Part shown: in pieces, positions 20,071-31,533 of the stretch
How positions within the stretch are numbered: the first letter of the stretch is position 1
How the letters are laid out: every line of letters starts with the position of its first letter
Origin: Hyaloraphidium curvatum SAG 235-1
Taxonomy: Eukaryota; Fungi; Monoblepharomycota
Length of the DNA stretch: 64,000 nucleotides
Reading direction: 5' to 3'
Assembly: GCA_025558095.1 (NCBI GenBank)
Contig: JAIVFI010000013.1
Coordinates: 682,001 to 746,000, forward strand
Notes under the pieces: generated by a model
Databases searched by the model: none
The model's input: the letters and a program-made list of their open reading frames with translations, nothing else
Told to the model about the DNA's origin: nothing
Program-made: the position numbers and the translations under genes

Positions 20071-21964
20071 TCACCCCTCCGAATCCGACGAGAACCAATC
20101 CGACGCCCTCATCCTCGGCGGCGGCGGCGGCTCCCTGCTCCTCGCGATCTGCGGCACCGCCGGGCCGTCCGGCGGCTCGCCGAACTCGTCCTGGTCGGGC
20201 ACGCCGTCCGACGACGACGAACCGCGGGTACGCCCGATCCCCGTCCCGTCCCCGCGATCGTGCCGGTGCCGCTTGCTCCGCCCGCTTTCGTCCTCGTCCG
20301 ATCCGCCGCCGCCGCGCTCCTTCCGCTTCCTGCTCCCCCCGTCGACGTCCCCCTCGCGATCGCCGTGCCTGCTCTGGTCGGACCCGCGCCGGGAACGGTG
20401 TCCGTGCGGGATCTCGACCCGCTTCTCGACCCACACTTCCTCCTCCTCGGACTTGGGCTTGGCGGTGCGGTTCGCAGCGGGAGGCGGGTCGCGGTCGCGC
20501 GGCGTCGCGGCGTCGGGCTTGACGGAAGGCGGCGGCGGAGGAGGCGGAAGGCGGGGCAGCGAGACGGATTGGGGAACGGCGGGCTGCGGCGGGTTGGTCG
20601 TGGTCGGCGGCCGGGGCGGGAGGGGAGGTCGGGGGGGAGGCGTCGGCGTGCGGGGCTTCCCGGCATGGTTGGAGCTCCGGCGTTCCGGGTCCCTCGACTG
20701 GCGCGGATGAAGCAAAACATAGTGCAAGGGTCATTGATGACCATTGCGCGATGCCGCAATCCGCGCCTACCGTGCTCCGCCGCCGCGACGAGTGCCTCCC
20801 GTTCCTGCCGTTGCTGCTCCTCCGCTCCGGGGACCTTGCGCGGCGCTCTTCCACGTAGTAGTCGTCGTCGGCGTAGCGCTTTGCGATGCGGTGGCCGTTG
20901 ACGTAGTCCGGATCTACGCCGCGCAGGGAAAGCCTCCTCGACGGCTCCCTCGACCTGTCGCGGTCGCGCTCGCGGTGCCAATCCCGAACGTCGCGCTCGC
21001 TTCGTTCCGAGTCCGAGTTCCAGGAGCTGCGCCTCGCATTTTCTTGCCGATCCGCCCGCCGATCGTCCCCCCCCTCGCGCGCCCGCGGCCCCCTCCCCGC
21101 GCCGTCGATCCGGACCTCCAACCCCCCCTCCGAATCCTCGCGCACGCGCCTGTCCCCCGCATCCGGCTCCATCCTCGCCGCGGCGCCGAGGATGTGCACC
21201 TGCCCGCGGGAGTAGGCGGCGTCGGCGGCCGGATCGCCGCGGTACACGTGGCGGTCGGGGGCGGGGCTTTCCAGGCGCGCGGCGGCGCCGAGGAAGTGCA
21301 CCTGCCCGCTCGCGCCTGCCGATTCCCCGGAGCGGGTTTGCTCCGCATGCGCGTTGCCGCCGCTGGAACCCCAGGGTGCCGGCGATGCTGACTTGGCCCT
21401 TCCCGCCGCGATCGCCTCCCCCGCCTCCTTCCACGCCGGCGCGCCCGGCTCCCTCTTGCTGAAGTTCCCGCTCCTGTACGCCTTCTTGGGGTCCTTGATC
21501 CCCTGCACCACCACGTCCCCCCTGGCCAGGACGCGGCAGCACTTGCCGTGCTCCGACCCGACCTGCCCCGCGAACTTCATCGGCGGCCCGGGGACCCACT
21601 TGGGCACCATGCCGTATAGCTCGCGGAGGTCGGCCATGGAGACGGTGGTTCCCTCGGGCACGAGGGCGTGCACGCGCTTGCGGAAGGAGGGGTCGCCGGC
21701 GGCCAGCAGCTGCCTGTCGTGCTCGGCGAGGCGGACGAAGCGCCGCCCGCTCGGCATCCGCACGACCTCCAGCGCGAGGCGGGTGCTTTGGGAGAGGAGG
21801 CAGTACCGCTCGGCGTTGGCGTGGTTCATGGGGGCGCGGAGGGCGGCGCGGGTGGCCGCGGGGAGGCGCGACTCGAGGTCCTCGAGGGGGACGAACAGCG
21901 AGACGGAGAGGAGCGTGCTGGCCGCCTGCAGCGCGACGAGCTCGTCGGGGGTGATTTCTGCCAT
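20071..21964 (-). CDS. Hypothetical protein: globular N-terminus (possibly winged-helix/LOTUS-like) and long R/D/S-rich disordered tail
   Basis: MAEITPDEL... ORF. A GT-AG intron (~20698-20770) joins it to ORF 20071-20727. Internal repeat GQVH(F/I)LGAAAR. Confidence 0.6.
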
Positions 21965-22227
21965 GGCGGGGCGGGGGAAGGGAGGCACGGGGAGGCCCGC
22001 GAAGCGAGGGGGAAAGTGACGCGTGGGGAGGCGTCGTACGACTCGACGTGACACCTTCGCAATCCGACTCGACGCGCACCTTCGCAATACCCAGGAGGCC
22101 ATCGCGCTAAACACTCGTTTGCCTGCCGTCATATATTCATCCCGACGAGGAGGACTTTAGGAGCTAGCGAGATCACATCCCCGCTGGCGGATTCGCGCGA
22201 AGAAATGGGGTACCTTCCATGCCGGCT

Positions 22228-23670
22228 TCAAACCCCCGGCGGCGGCGGCACCCTCCCCAGCACCTCCTCCATCGCCATCCCGATGCCCAGCAGCCTCCGA
22301 TCGCTCCCCAGCGGCCCGTCGATCTCCAATCCCCACGGCAGCCCGCCGTCGAGCAGGCCCGCGGGCACCGACAGGCCCGGCAGGCCGGCGCAGCTCGCCG
22401 GGCCCGTGTTGCGGAGGAAGGCGACGAACGTGTCGATCTCGGCGCCGTCGATGCTCGCGGTACCGGATCCGTGGAGCTCGTCGATCTCGACGGCGGCCAT
22501 GATCGCCGTGGGGAACAGCAGCGCGTCCAGCCGGTGCGACGCAAAGGTGCGCCGGTAGAGGGCCTGAAGGGCAGGCCGGTGCACGCCGATGACTTCCGCG
22601 TAGGGGCCCTCCTGGGCCGCGAGGATCCCGTACACGATTTGACGCACGTCGGGGCTCGCCACCTGCGCCGCGATCGCCTCGATGGTGATCGTTTCGGCGA
22701 GCCCGCTCGCGGCGAGGTACGCCGACATGTCCTCCCGGAACGCGTGCCCTGACGCCCCGTTGTTCACGCGGTCGCTGAGCTCGAACAGCTCCGGGATCGA
22801 GAGGTCGACTAGGGTCGCGCCCGCTGCCTCGAGCTTCGCGCGGGCGGCGGCGGCGGCTTTCGCCACCCGGGCCTCCAGGCCCTCCCAGCACTCTTTCGGC
22901 ACGCCGAGCCGCACGCCCGCCAGCGGAACCGCCTGCACCGTTTCGGTGCCGGTGATCACCGCATCCAAGAGGGCGACGTCGGTGACCGTGCGCCCCATCG
23001 GACCCACGGTGTCGCGGACGCGGCTGATCGGCACGACGGCGCCGTCGTCGTCGTATCGGCACTGCGTGCCGCCGTCTCCCAAGGACGGCCGCAGCCCGGC
23101 GATGCCGCACAGCGCGGCCGGCACGCGGGTGGAACCGCCGGTGTCGGTTCCCAGCCCGCACGTGGCGACGCGCGCGGCGACGGCGGCTGCGGTGCCGCCG
23201 GACGATCCCCCGGGGATGCGCGTCTTGTCGTACGGGTTGCGCACGGCGCCGAAGGCGGCGTTCGTGCTCGTGAAGCCGAACGCGAGCTCGTGCATGTTGG
23301 TCTTGCCCAGCACGACGGCGCCTGCTTCGACCAGCCGGGGCACCGACGGTGCGGTGTTTGCCGGGGCACAACCGCGCAGGGCGGGCGTGCCCGCCGTGGT
23401 CGGCATCCCCGCGAGGTTGATGTTGTCCTTGACGACCACCGGCAGGCCGGCCAGCGGGCCCGGCGCCTCCCCGGCGGCACGCGCGGCATCGATTCTGTCA
23501 GCGGCAGCAAGCGCGCCGGCCTCGTCGACGGCGACGAACGCGTTCAAGTCGGCGCAGGCGCGTGCGCGGTCGAGCGCCGCGCGGACCAGCGCCCGCGCAG
23601 TGGTGGTGCCCTCGCGCACGGCCGCGACGGCCTCGGCGGCGGACAGCGACAGGAGGGGATCGGCGGGCAT
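22228..23670 (-). CDS. Amidase-signature amidase, IaaH/mandelamide hydrolase-like, intronless
   Basis: Motifs VVKDNI, GKTNMHEL, GGSSGG, GTDTGGSTRVPA (Ser-cisSer-Lys triad). Confidence 0.92.
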   Translation of the reverse strand: MPADPLLSLSAAEAVAAVREGTTTARALVRAALDRARACADLNAFVAVDEAGALAAADRIDAARAAGEAPGPLAGLPVVVKDNINLAGMPTTAGTPALRGCAPANTAPSVPRLVEAGAVVLGKTNMHELAFGFTSTNAAFGAVRNPYDKTRIPGGSSGGTAAAVAARVATCGLGTDTGGSTRVPAALCGIAGLRPSLGDGGTQCRYDDDGAVVPISRVRDTVGPMGRTVTDVALLDAVITGTETVQAVPLAGVRLGVPKECWEGLEARVAKAAAAARAKLEAAGATLVDLSIPELFELSDRVNNGASGHAFREDMSAYLAASGLAETITIEAIAAQVASPDVRQIVYGILAAQEGPYAEVIGVHRPALQALYRRTFASHRLDALLFPTAIMAAVEIDELHGSGTASIDGAEIDTFVAFLRNTGPASCAGLPGLSVPAGLLDGGLPWGLEIDGPLGSDRRLLGIGMAMEEVLGRVPPPPGV

Positions 23671-23753
23671 CGCGGCTCCGGAGGAGGGCGAATGCGGCGG
23701 ACGGTCGTCGCGTTCTGGAACGAGAAGACGGTGTCACTCCGATCGTCTCCCAC

Positions 23754-23852
23754 GCCGATCGGTCGTGTGTTGGGCTCGTCCTGCGCGTGTACAAATCAAA
23801 GACCGCTACCACCGCCTCCGCCGGGGCTTGCCCGCACGCATGATCGGTCGGT
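23754..23852 (+). repeat. Conserved ~75-nt intergenic element, copy 2, inside a long G-U-containing stem
   Basis: Homologous to the reverse complement of 19645-19718. 23754-23770 pairs with 23836-23852 (17 contiguous pairs, 5 G-U). Confidence 0.75.
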
Positions 23853-23980
23853 CGGTGACGTGATGTATCGGGGTTGGGGGGCGCTCAGCGTCCGGCTTCT
23901 GGAGAAACTAGTGCATTCCTGGCCAGAGGGGAGACAGCGGGCTCCAAGCAACTGCTCCCGCTGCATCCCAACATTCGCCC

Positions 23981-25561
23981 CTATCGCCCCTTTACCCGGG
24001 GATCCAACCTCGCCCACAGCTTCCCCGCCGCGACCTTGACGGAGCTCGAGAACTTTGCCCCGTCCCAGCTCTCGAAAACCCCCTCGGCCACCGGCCCGCA
24101 CCACCCCGCGCAGTCGAACTCCGCGACCAGCCTAGCCAGCACCATCCGCATCTGCATCCGCGCCAGGCTCTGCCCGATGCAGTTCCGCGAGCCCCACGAG
24201 AAGCCGGGGAGGTGCCGCCGCACCTCGGGATCCGCGGGATCCTTCCACCCCCCGTCGCCGCCCAGCGAGGGAGGGAGGAACCTCTCCGGGCGGAACGAAT
24301 CGGCGTCCGCGCCCCAGTACGATACGTCGGAGCCGATGGCCGCAGTGGAGCAGCTGATCGTCGTTCCCGCGGGGATGTGGTACCCGCCGAGCTCGACGTC
24401 CTCGGGGGCGTACCGCGCGATGAAGCTCGCGATGGGGCGCAACCGCAGGGTTTCCCAGATCACGGCGTCGAGGTACGGCAGCGACCTCAACGCGGCGTGG
24501 TCGAGAGGTCCGGCGGCCGAGGCGGCGTCCACCTCGGCCTGCAGCCTCCGCCACACCCGCGCCCCGCGGCACATCATGAAGCCCGTGGCAAAGGAGAGGG
24601 AGGATGCGGTGGTTTCCTGCCCGGCGATGAAGAAGAGCAGGGCCTCGGCGACGACCTCGCGCTCCGAGAGGCGTTCGCCCGAATCGGCGTCGGTCGAGCT
24701 GACGAGGGCCTGCAGTAGGTCGTTCCGGAGCGGCGCCTTGCCTTCCGCGGCGGCAAGGATGCGGTCCTTTACCGTGACTTCGGCGAATGCCTGCAGCTCG
24801 GCCAAGGCCGCCCTGCATTTCGCCACGTACGGGACGAAGCCGAAGTACGAGACGTCGAGGCCGACGAGGGACAGCACGGCGCGGAGGCCGGCGTAATGGA
24901 ACCCATAGGTTATGTTGCGGCCCACATGCGCGGCGGAAGGGCCGTTCCCGGCCTTTTCTGTGTCCGCGTTGTCGCCGCCGAGCAGGGCGCGGGAGTCCAT
25001 GCCGAACGCGAGGCCCAGGATGACATCCAGTGTCAGGTCGTCGAACGCCTTGACCACCTCGGTCTTTCCTTTCTCGCGAATTTCGCGCGTCAAGCGGGCG
25101 ACGAGATCGTCCACGTGCCCGGCAATCATCGGCTCGACTCCCTCCAACGTGGAGGGGGCGAAGGCCGGGAACACGAGCCTCCTCCTCCGCCTGTGTTCCC
25201 CCGATTTCTTGTCTAAATTCTCCATCGTGAAAACCGAGTCCAGGTCCGGGTACGGCATCCGCAGGGCGCGGAACACGGGCGGCTTGGGCAGATCGAGCTT
25301 GACCGCCACCGCGTCGGCGAGGACGCCGTCGGCGACCATCAGCTCGCCAGGGCGCACGCGGACGAGCTTGCCGTATTTCCGCGCGGTGCGCACCGCGTGC
25401 GCGGGGAGGTCGCCGAGGGGGAAATGGATTGCGTGCCACAGCGAGGTGAAGCGCGCGAGGACGGGGCCGGGGACGCGCGACAGGGGAGAGTGCGCCGCGG
25501 TCCACGCGTGCCACGCGATGTAGAGGAGAATGATGAGCACGAGCAGCGCCGTGAGCCCCAT
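23981..25561 (-). CDS. Cytochrome P450
   Basis: N-terminal TM anchor, PGP, AGQETT, ETLR, PERF and heme motif FSWGSRNCIG. Confidence 0.95.
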   Translation of the reverse strand: MGLTALLVLIILLYIAWHAWTAAHSPLSRVPGPVLARFTSLWHAIHFPLGDLPAHAVRTARKYGKLVRVRPGELMVADGVLADAVAVKLDLPKPPVFRALRMPYPDLDSVFTMENLDKKSGEHRRRRRLVFPAFAPSTLEGVEPMIAGHVDDLVARLTREIREKGKTEVVKAFDDLTLDVILGLAFGMDSRALLGGDNADTEKAGNGPSAAHVGRNITYGFHYAGLRAVLSLVGLDVSYFGFVPYVAKCRAALAELQAFAEVTVKDRILAAAEGKAPLRNDLLQALVSSTDADSGERLSEREVVAEALLFFIAGQETTASSLSFATGFMMCRGARVWRRLQAEVDAASAAGPLDHAALRSLPYLDAVIWETLRLRPIASFIARYAPEDVELGGYHIPAGTTISCSTAAIGSDVSYWGADADSFRPERFLPPSLGGDGGWKDPADPEVRRHLPGFSWGSRNCIGQSLARMQMRMVLARLVAEFDCAGWCGPVAEGVFESWDGAKFSSSVKVAAGKLWARLDPRVKGR

Positions 25562-25700
25562 CGAAGCTACGGGCGAAGGAAATGTCGGCGGGGGAATACA
25601 AAGGCGACCTCGAAGAGGCAGCCGCACACAGCAACCAAACAACGCGCGACGCCCGCGTTCATCAACGTGATCCGCGTCATCGAGTCGCTGAGGTGTTCCA

Positions 25701-26222
25701 TTACTTGAAAGCAAACTGCGGAAGGATCCACCGCCCGTTCTGATCGCCCATGACTGTCACGTACAAGCTCCTCTCCCCCGCACCAGCGGACGCGTCGAGC
25801 AGCGGCTGGTACGCCGGATCGCCCGGCACCCTGAGGTCGTCGACCACGTTTCCGCTGTCGAGATCCAGCAGGGTCACCAGGTTGTTGTCCGCGGCGTTGA
25901 TTTCGACAAGCTGGTATTCCTTCGGATGGCCGTCGCGTCGATCCTCGCTCGGCAGCGGAGCGACGGGGCAGGCACACACTTTCCGCGTCACGATGGGGAC
26001 GAGCACTTCCTGGCCCGCATCAAATTCTTCGATGATCACCTGCCCCGATTGCAGCTGAAGACGGCCCACCGTGGGTCCGGTGCACCGCTTCCGGCCGGTT
26101 CCGCTACTGATCTTCACCTTGCCCTCTCCGGCGGTCTCGACTTCATCGATCCTGCAAGATACATCGCCGTTCAGCAGGGCCCAGCCGCCGGGTCGGAGCG
26201 ACGAGGCCGGCTGGGTCGCCAT
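25701..26222 (-). CDS. eIF5A-derived protein lacking the hypusine loop, copy A
   Basis: PASSLRPGG..CRI..KVK...VPIVTRK, intron 25920-25979, then EYQLVEI...DDLRVP...VTVM, colinear with eIF5A. No KTGKHG motif. Confidence 0.75.
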   Translation of the reverse strand: MATQPASSLRPGGWALLNGDVSCRIDEVETAGEGKVKISSGTGRKRCTGPTVGRLQLQSGQVIIEEFDAGQEVLVPIVTRKVCACPVAPLPSEDRRDGHPKEYQLVEINAADNNLVTLLDLDSGNVVDDLRVPGDPAYQPLLDASAGAGERSLYVTVMGDQNGRWILPQFAFK

Positions 26223-26442
26223 GGATTGCTCGCGTTCCGCGCTTTTTGAGACAGGCGGAGGAACGACGTCGATCGCGACCGATCGCGTTGAACAGAGGTG
26301 CATGCTGCTCAGGATGAGAGGACTCGCGGATGCAATTGAGTAGAAATGTGATTCTCCTTCGAAGCACGCTCTGGGTCGTCTGCAGGCCAACGCGTGCGAT
26401 CCATCCGCGCGGTCCGCGGTGTCGTGTCGCTGCAGCACCCCT

Positions 26443-26976
26443 CTACTTAAGCAAGAACTGCGGCAGGATCCACCGCGCTTTCTGGTCGCTCATCACCGTC
26501 ACAAACACGTTCCTTTCCCCCGCGCCGCCATACCCGTCTACCAGCGGCTGGTAGGCGGGGTCGCCCGGCACCCTCAGGTCGTCGACGATGTCGCCGTTCT
26601 CGGGGTCCATCAGGGTCGCGAGGTTGCCGTCGTCGGCGTTGATGTCGGTCAGCTGGTAATCCTTAGGAGTGGAATCTACGCGTCGGTCGCGGCGCGGCCG
26701 GGGAGGAGGTAGCACCCACGGTCCGCGTCACGATGGGAACGGGCACATCCTCCCCCTCATCGAATTCCGCGCTCTGCTCCTGCCCCGATTGCAGCTGATG
26801 ACGGCCGACCCTTAGCTCGTCGGCCCATGTCCCCGTCGGGCGCGCGGACCCACGCCGGTGCCGGTGACCTTCAGCCTGCCCTCCCCGGCGGGCTCGACGC
26901 CGGTGATCTTGCACGACATGTCGTTCAGCGTGACGTAGCCGCCGCGTCGGAGCGAGGAGGCTGGCTCGGTGGTCAT
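26443..26976 (-). CDS. eIF5A-derived protein lacking the hypusine loop, copy B
   Basis: MTTEPASSLRRGGYVTLNDMSCKITGVEPAGEGRLKVTGTG, intron 26795-26853, LQSGQ...VPIVTRT, intron 26662-26719, DYQLTDI...PQFLLK*. Confidence 0.8.
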
Positions 26977-27204
26977 TTCTGGGAGGGACGCGTTCGCGTG
27001 CTTTTGAGACGGGCCGAGTGGCTGCTGCGGATGCAGATACCGAGGACCATGTGAATCATGTCGACCCGCAAGAGAACATGATTGCGAAGAAGAGGAACTT
27101 GCAGAGTCTCAGGGATTGAGCACTCGAAGGCCAGACGGGTTGCAGCGAGGGGAACGTTGGGTCGCGGCGAAAGTGGCCTTCGATTGACGATCCTCCGGGA
27201 CGCT

Positions 27205-28358
27205 TCACATCGCAGGCCCCAAATCGATGGTCGCGTACGACGCCTGCGCGACCGCCAGCACCGTCCCCTCCGCATCCGTGACCTCGGCTTCCACCGAGAC
27301 CCGCCTGCCCGCCGAACCCGTCGCCTTTGCTGTCGTGCGCATCCAGCCCGAGCGGAAGGCCGAGCCGGCGGGAGTGAATGCGAGGCGGAGCGACGCGGTG
27401 CCGGCCATCTTGCGGGACGAGGTGATGGCGGCGAGGGCGATCCAGGCGCTGCGGGAAAGCGGATCGGATCACGGACCGTTGCGGCGCCCTTTGAGGGGAC
27501 CCACTCCACGAGGGTGAACAATACAGCAGGATGCAGCCAGCCATCCGCCGCGAGCAGCTCCGAGCTGTCGACTCCGTGCCATGCTTCCAAGCCCGCCGGC
27601 GACGCCACGGACGCCGCGCGGCGGTAGAGCCTCCCCTCGCGCCGCGAAACCCAGACGAATCGGGCGCCCGAGACCATTTCGGGGAGGTCCGCCGTGCGCG
27701 GGTCGGCGGGGGGTTGGAGCTGCAGCCAGACGATGGGGAGGCCGGCGGAGATGGAGGATAGGAGGGAGGAGTCGGTGCCCGCGGTGGCGATTCCGCCGTG
27801 CTGGGATACCAGAGCCCGCAGACCGTCGGGTATCGGGTCCAGGGGATCTGCAGATGGGCCCGGGTGCCGCAGTTCCTGCCCCGAGTGATCCTCTGCGGGG
27901 CCCCAGGTGGTCTCGACGACGACAAGGTCCCTGTCCTTCTCGCGGTCCCGCAGCACCGCCCGCCATCGTCCTCCCCCCTCCGCGCCCCCGAGCCGCGAGC
28001 AGCCGACCTCGATCCACCCGGGCAGCGGCACCGGCCTCGCGTACCGCACATCGACCTCCCTCAGCACCAATCCGCCCCGCCCGCCCTGCGACGCCAGCAC
28101 CTTGGCCACGTCCGCGCCGATGGCCATCGCCGCCCCGCCGTGCATCAGCGCCCGCGTGCCGCCCATCCCGCCGCCCAGCAACGGGCCGCAGAGCACCGCC
28201 GTGCGGCCGCCCGAGGACACGACGAACCGCGCCGCGCCCGTGGGATGGCGGAGCGCGGGCCACAGGGGAAGAGGCCCGAGGCCGGATGCGGAGTCGGCGA
28301 GGAGGGGGCCATAAGTGCCGGAAAGGATGTCGGAGACCCAGGGAGGAGGATCGCTCAT
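27205..28358 (-). CDS. Double hotdog-fold thioesterase-like protein
   Basis: LMHGGAAMAIGAD...VDVRYARPVP, then a second unit WLHPAVLFTLVE...LRLAF...VEAEVTDAEGTVLA. One intron near 27409-27476. Confidence 0.7.
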
Positions 28359-28940
28359 CGCGCTGTTGTGCGTGGAACGTTCCGTGGAAGGGTCGCGGGC
28401 GGGGTGTCCCCCAGGCGTCCATGGACGCGTCCGATACGACCTCCCGGGTCCCGGATGTGACACCCGCGACGTGTCTTCTAGCGGACGCCGAATGCCAGGG
28501 TGCGGCGATTGGCTCCGGCGTCGGGGATGGAGCCGACGGCGTGCTTGAAATCCGTGGCGGCGGGCAAGAGACCACGTTGAAGCGAACGCGAGCCAAGAAC
28601 ATCCGTTGCGAAGAATCCGATCCCGCATGAAGCTCGGCGTGGAGACGGAGAGGAGAAAAGTGCTATCGACTTCTGCTATGGGAGGGGTCGCCAAAATCCG
28701 AGGGGGCCACAGTCAAAGAAAAGTCACAGGACGACATGTCAATTGCTGCCAGGCTTTGGATCGCGAGGAGGGGAAAGAGGTACAGCAACGAAGAAAGACT
28801 GTTGCTGCCGGGCGGATTCCGAGCGAGCCAGAGCGACGACCGATCCTTCCGCTCCCCCGGGCCCTGGGCGCGCAACGCCAGGTCAGCGCACGTCCACCCG
28901 CCCTCCGCGCCCGCCCCGCAATCCCGCGACCCGCGCCGCG

Positions 28941-30101
28941 ATGCCCCGCGCCGCGCTCGCCCTCCTCGCTTTCGCGCTGCTCTCGGCGTCCGCCGCCGCG
29001 TCCGCCGCCGCGCTCCCCGGCGGCGCGTCGCTCTCCTCCCCCGCCCAACACCCGCTGCTCCCCTCCTCCGTCGACGCGGAGAAGAAGAAGAAGAAGGACC
29101 CCAAACCCCCGAAGCTCCCTAAGCACTGCTCCCCCGTCGAGCTCCCGATCCCCAAGGGCATCGAGCCCTCGGGCTCGGTGTTCCACGACGGCACGCTGTG
29201 GATCGTCAGCGACAACTCGCAGCTCCTTTCGATGACCGAGGACGGCAGGGAGCAGCAAGTGTACAGGGTCGGGGAGGGGAAGAACGCGTACGACCTCGAG
29301 AGCGTGGCGCACGTGCTCGCAAGGCCGGAGTTCCTCTACCTGGGCGTGGAGGCGCCGCAGGCGATACTCGAGTACCACATCCCCACGCGGTCCATCAGGA
29401 GGACGTGGGATCTGAGCGGGGCGTTCGACGACCTGCCCGAGAACGCGGGGATGGAGGCGCTGGGGTACGTCAAGACAAACAGGAGCGCGACCGGGGGATA
29501 TTTCTTCGCGGGCTGCCAGCACGACGCGCGGATCTTTGTGTTTTCGGTGGACCTGGCGGCCGAGGGGGTGGTCCCGCCGGTGCTCGTGGCCGTGTGGGTC
29601 CTGCCGGGCGGCCGCGGATCGTCGAAGCGTCCCTGACCCACGGAACAGGATCACCGACCATCCCGGTCCCGACTACGACATCTCCGACATCGCCGTGACC
29701 AAGCACCAGCTCTTCCTGCTCTTCGACAAGGCCAAGCTGATGGTCCAGCTCGACCTCAACTCGCACGAGAAGCTCCTCCTGCCGCGGACCAACGGCGAGA
29801 GCCCGCAGCTGCCCGTCAGGATCTCCGCGGCCAACGCGACCCACGCGCACTTCGAGTTCCCGACGAGGGGCCAGGAGGGGGTGGCGTTTTCCGAGACGCA
29901 CGCGTTCTTCTCCGTCGGTGGGTCCCTCGCCCGTCTTCCTTGGCCCGTCTCGACGGGGTTGACCATCACCCGGGGGGCACAGATTACGGCGACGACCAGT
30001 CCGTCCTGCGGTACGACTTCGAGCAGATGGCGAGCTGCTTCAAGAAGCACGGCAAGGACGGGGACGGCGGGGGCAGCGGCGGGGAGGAGGAGGAGGACTG
30101 A
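28941..30101 (+). CDS. Secreted SdiA-regulated/YjiK-like beta-propeller protein
   Basis: Signal peptide and repeated EPSG, DLESVA, GMEAL, DISDI, GQEGVAF blades; two GT-AG introns. Confidence 0.7.
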
Positions 30102-30287
30102 GTTGATGTTGCGGTGTCTTGGGATTTGGCACGATGGAGACCCGCATTTTGTAGCCGGAAACAAAGAATACTGAAGGCAGGATGTCGTGGGTCCCGGAAA
30201 GCATCCCGGACGGCGCAATCCCTTTCCGCACGGCCGCCCCATCCGGACGCGTGACTCCGATTTCGTCTCCCCGCACACTGAGCCGCA

Positions 30288-31533
30288 ATGAGCTCTCCGC
30301 CGTCGTTCTTTTCCGCGTCGGGCGTCGCGTTCGACCCGGTTCTGCCTGCGGGCCTGCCGCAACTGCCAGCCGATGCCGTCCCGGCGGCCCGCCCGACGGT
30401 CCTCGGCGGCGCACACGTCGAGCACCCGCACCACTTCGTGCACGCGAGCCACGCCGGCGCGAAGCATGGCCACCCTCCCGGGGGCAGCGGACACGTCGCC
30501 GGGCCGGGACAGCCGTCCCCGGGCAGCTCGCCCCCGCGCCACGCGCACCACCCGCCGCTGGTCAACCACGCGCACAGGACGCTGACGCTGCACCTGCAGC
30601 AGCGCCACCGCGCGGAGGAGCGCGCGCTGGAAAGGGAGTCGCGCAACGACCTGGTCAGGGAGCGGCGGGGCGTGCGCGGCGTCGCCGAACCCCTGTCCGC
30701 CACCCTGCCCAGGAGGATGCCGTCGCCGCCGCCCGCGATCGGCGACCCGTTCGCGCGGCTGTCGCACTCGCTGCACTCGGCGCGCCGCTTCTCGGCCGGC
30801 CCACCCGCGCTGGTCCTCACCCCGCCGTCCCCCGACGCCCCGCGCCCGCGCGAGCGGCGCAGGTCCCTGCCCCCGGACTTCTCCTTCCCACTCATGTCCC
30901 CAACCTCCCCCGTGCTCGCGACCCCCCGCGATGCAGCCACCCTCTTCGACATCCCCGAGCGGCGGCCGCCGCCCGCGCAGCACCACGAGCACGCCAAGAG
31001 GGGCGATGCGGGGAGGATGCTGGCGGCTCTGTTCCGCGGGCCGAGGGAGAGGGAGCACATGGCGCGGAGGGGGCTCGGGGGTACGAGCATGGATTTGGAC
31101 GAGGGGGGGGACGGGGTGATGAGCGTCGAGTTTGCGGGGGGCGGGATGACGAGGGAGCAGGTGGGTCGCGGACGGGCTGCGTCGGTCGTCTACACGTCTG
31201 ACAACTCGTTCATCGGGTGACCCACAGGCGCTGCAAGCTGTCGACCGCCTCATCCAAACACACCTCATCCTCCCGCGCCTCCTCTCCCTGCACCCCGCCC
31301 TCGCCTCCCACCTCTCCTCCGGCACCCGCCTCCTCCTCCCCGACATGACCCCCCTCCTCCTGGACCGCGTCCCCCCCGACGCGCTGCCCGAGGTCCCCCT
31401 GCTCATCCCGTCGCCGCAGGTGGGGCCGGGGGGCGAGCTGGTGCTCCCGCAGCTGGAGGCGTGCGTGCCCGCCGAGGTGCTCGAGAGGCTGAGGGGGCTG
31501 GCGTGGGAGGCGTTGGCGGCCGGCGTGGCATGA
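30288..31533 (+). CDS. Hypothetical His/Pro/Ser-rich protein
   Basis: ORF 30288 is spliced (intron 31161-31227) into ALQAVDRL...LAAGVA*; GC3-rich codons. Confidence 0.55.

Noticed and set aside
19636-23852. The twin elements as TIRs of a cargo transposon carrying the amidase
   Set aside because: No target-site duplication outside the pair, no transposase, and each copy is self-contained within its own stem.
22228-25561. P450 plus IaaH-like amidase as an auxin biosynthesis cluster
   Set aside because: No iaaM/tryptophan monooxygenase is in the window; adjacency alone is insufficient.
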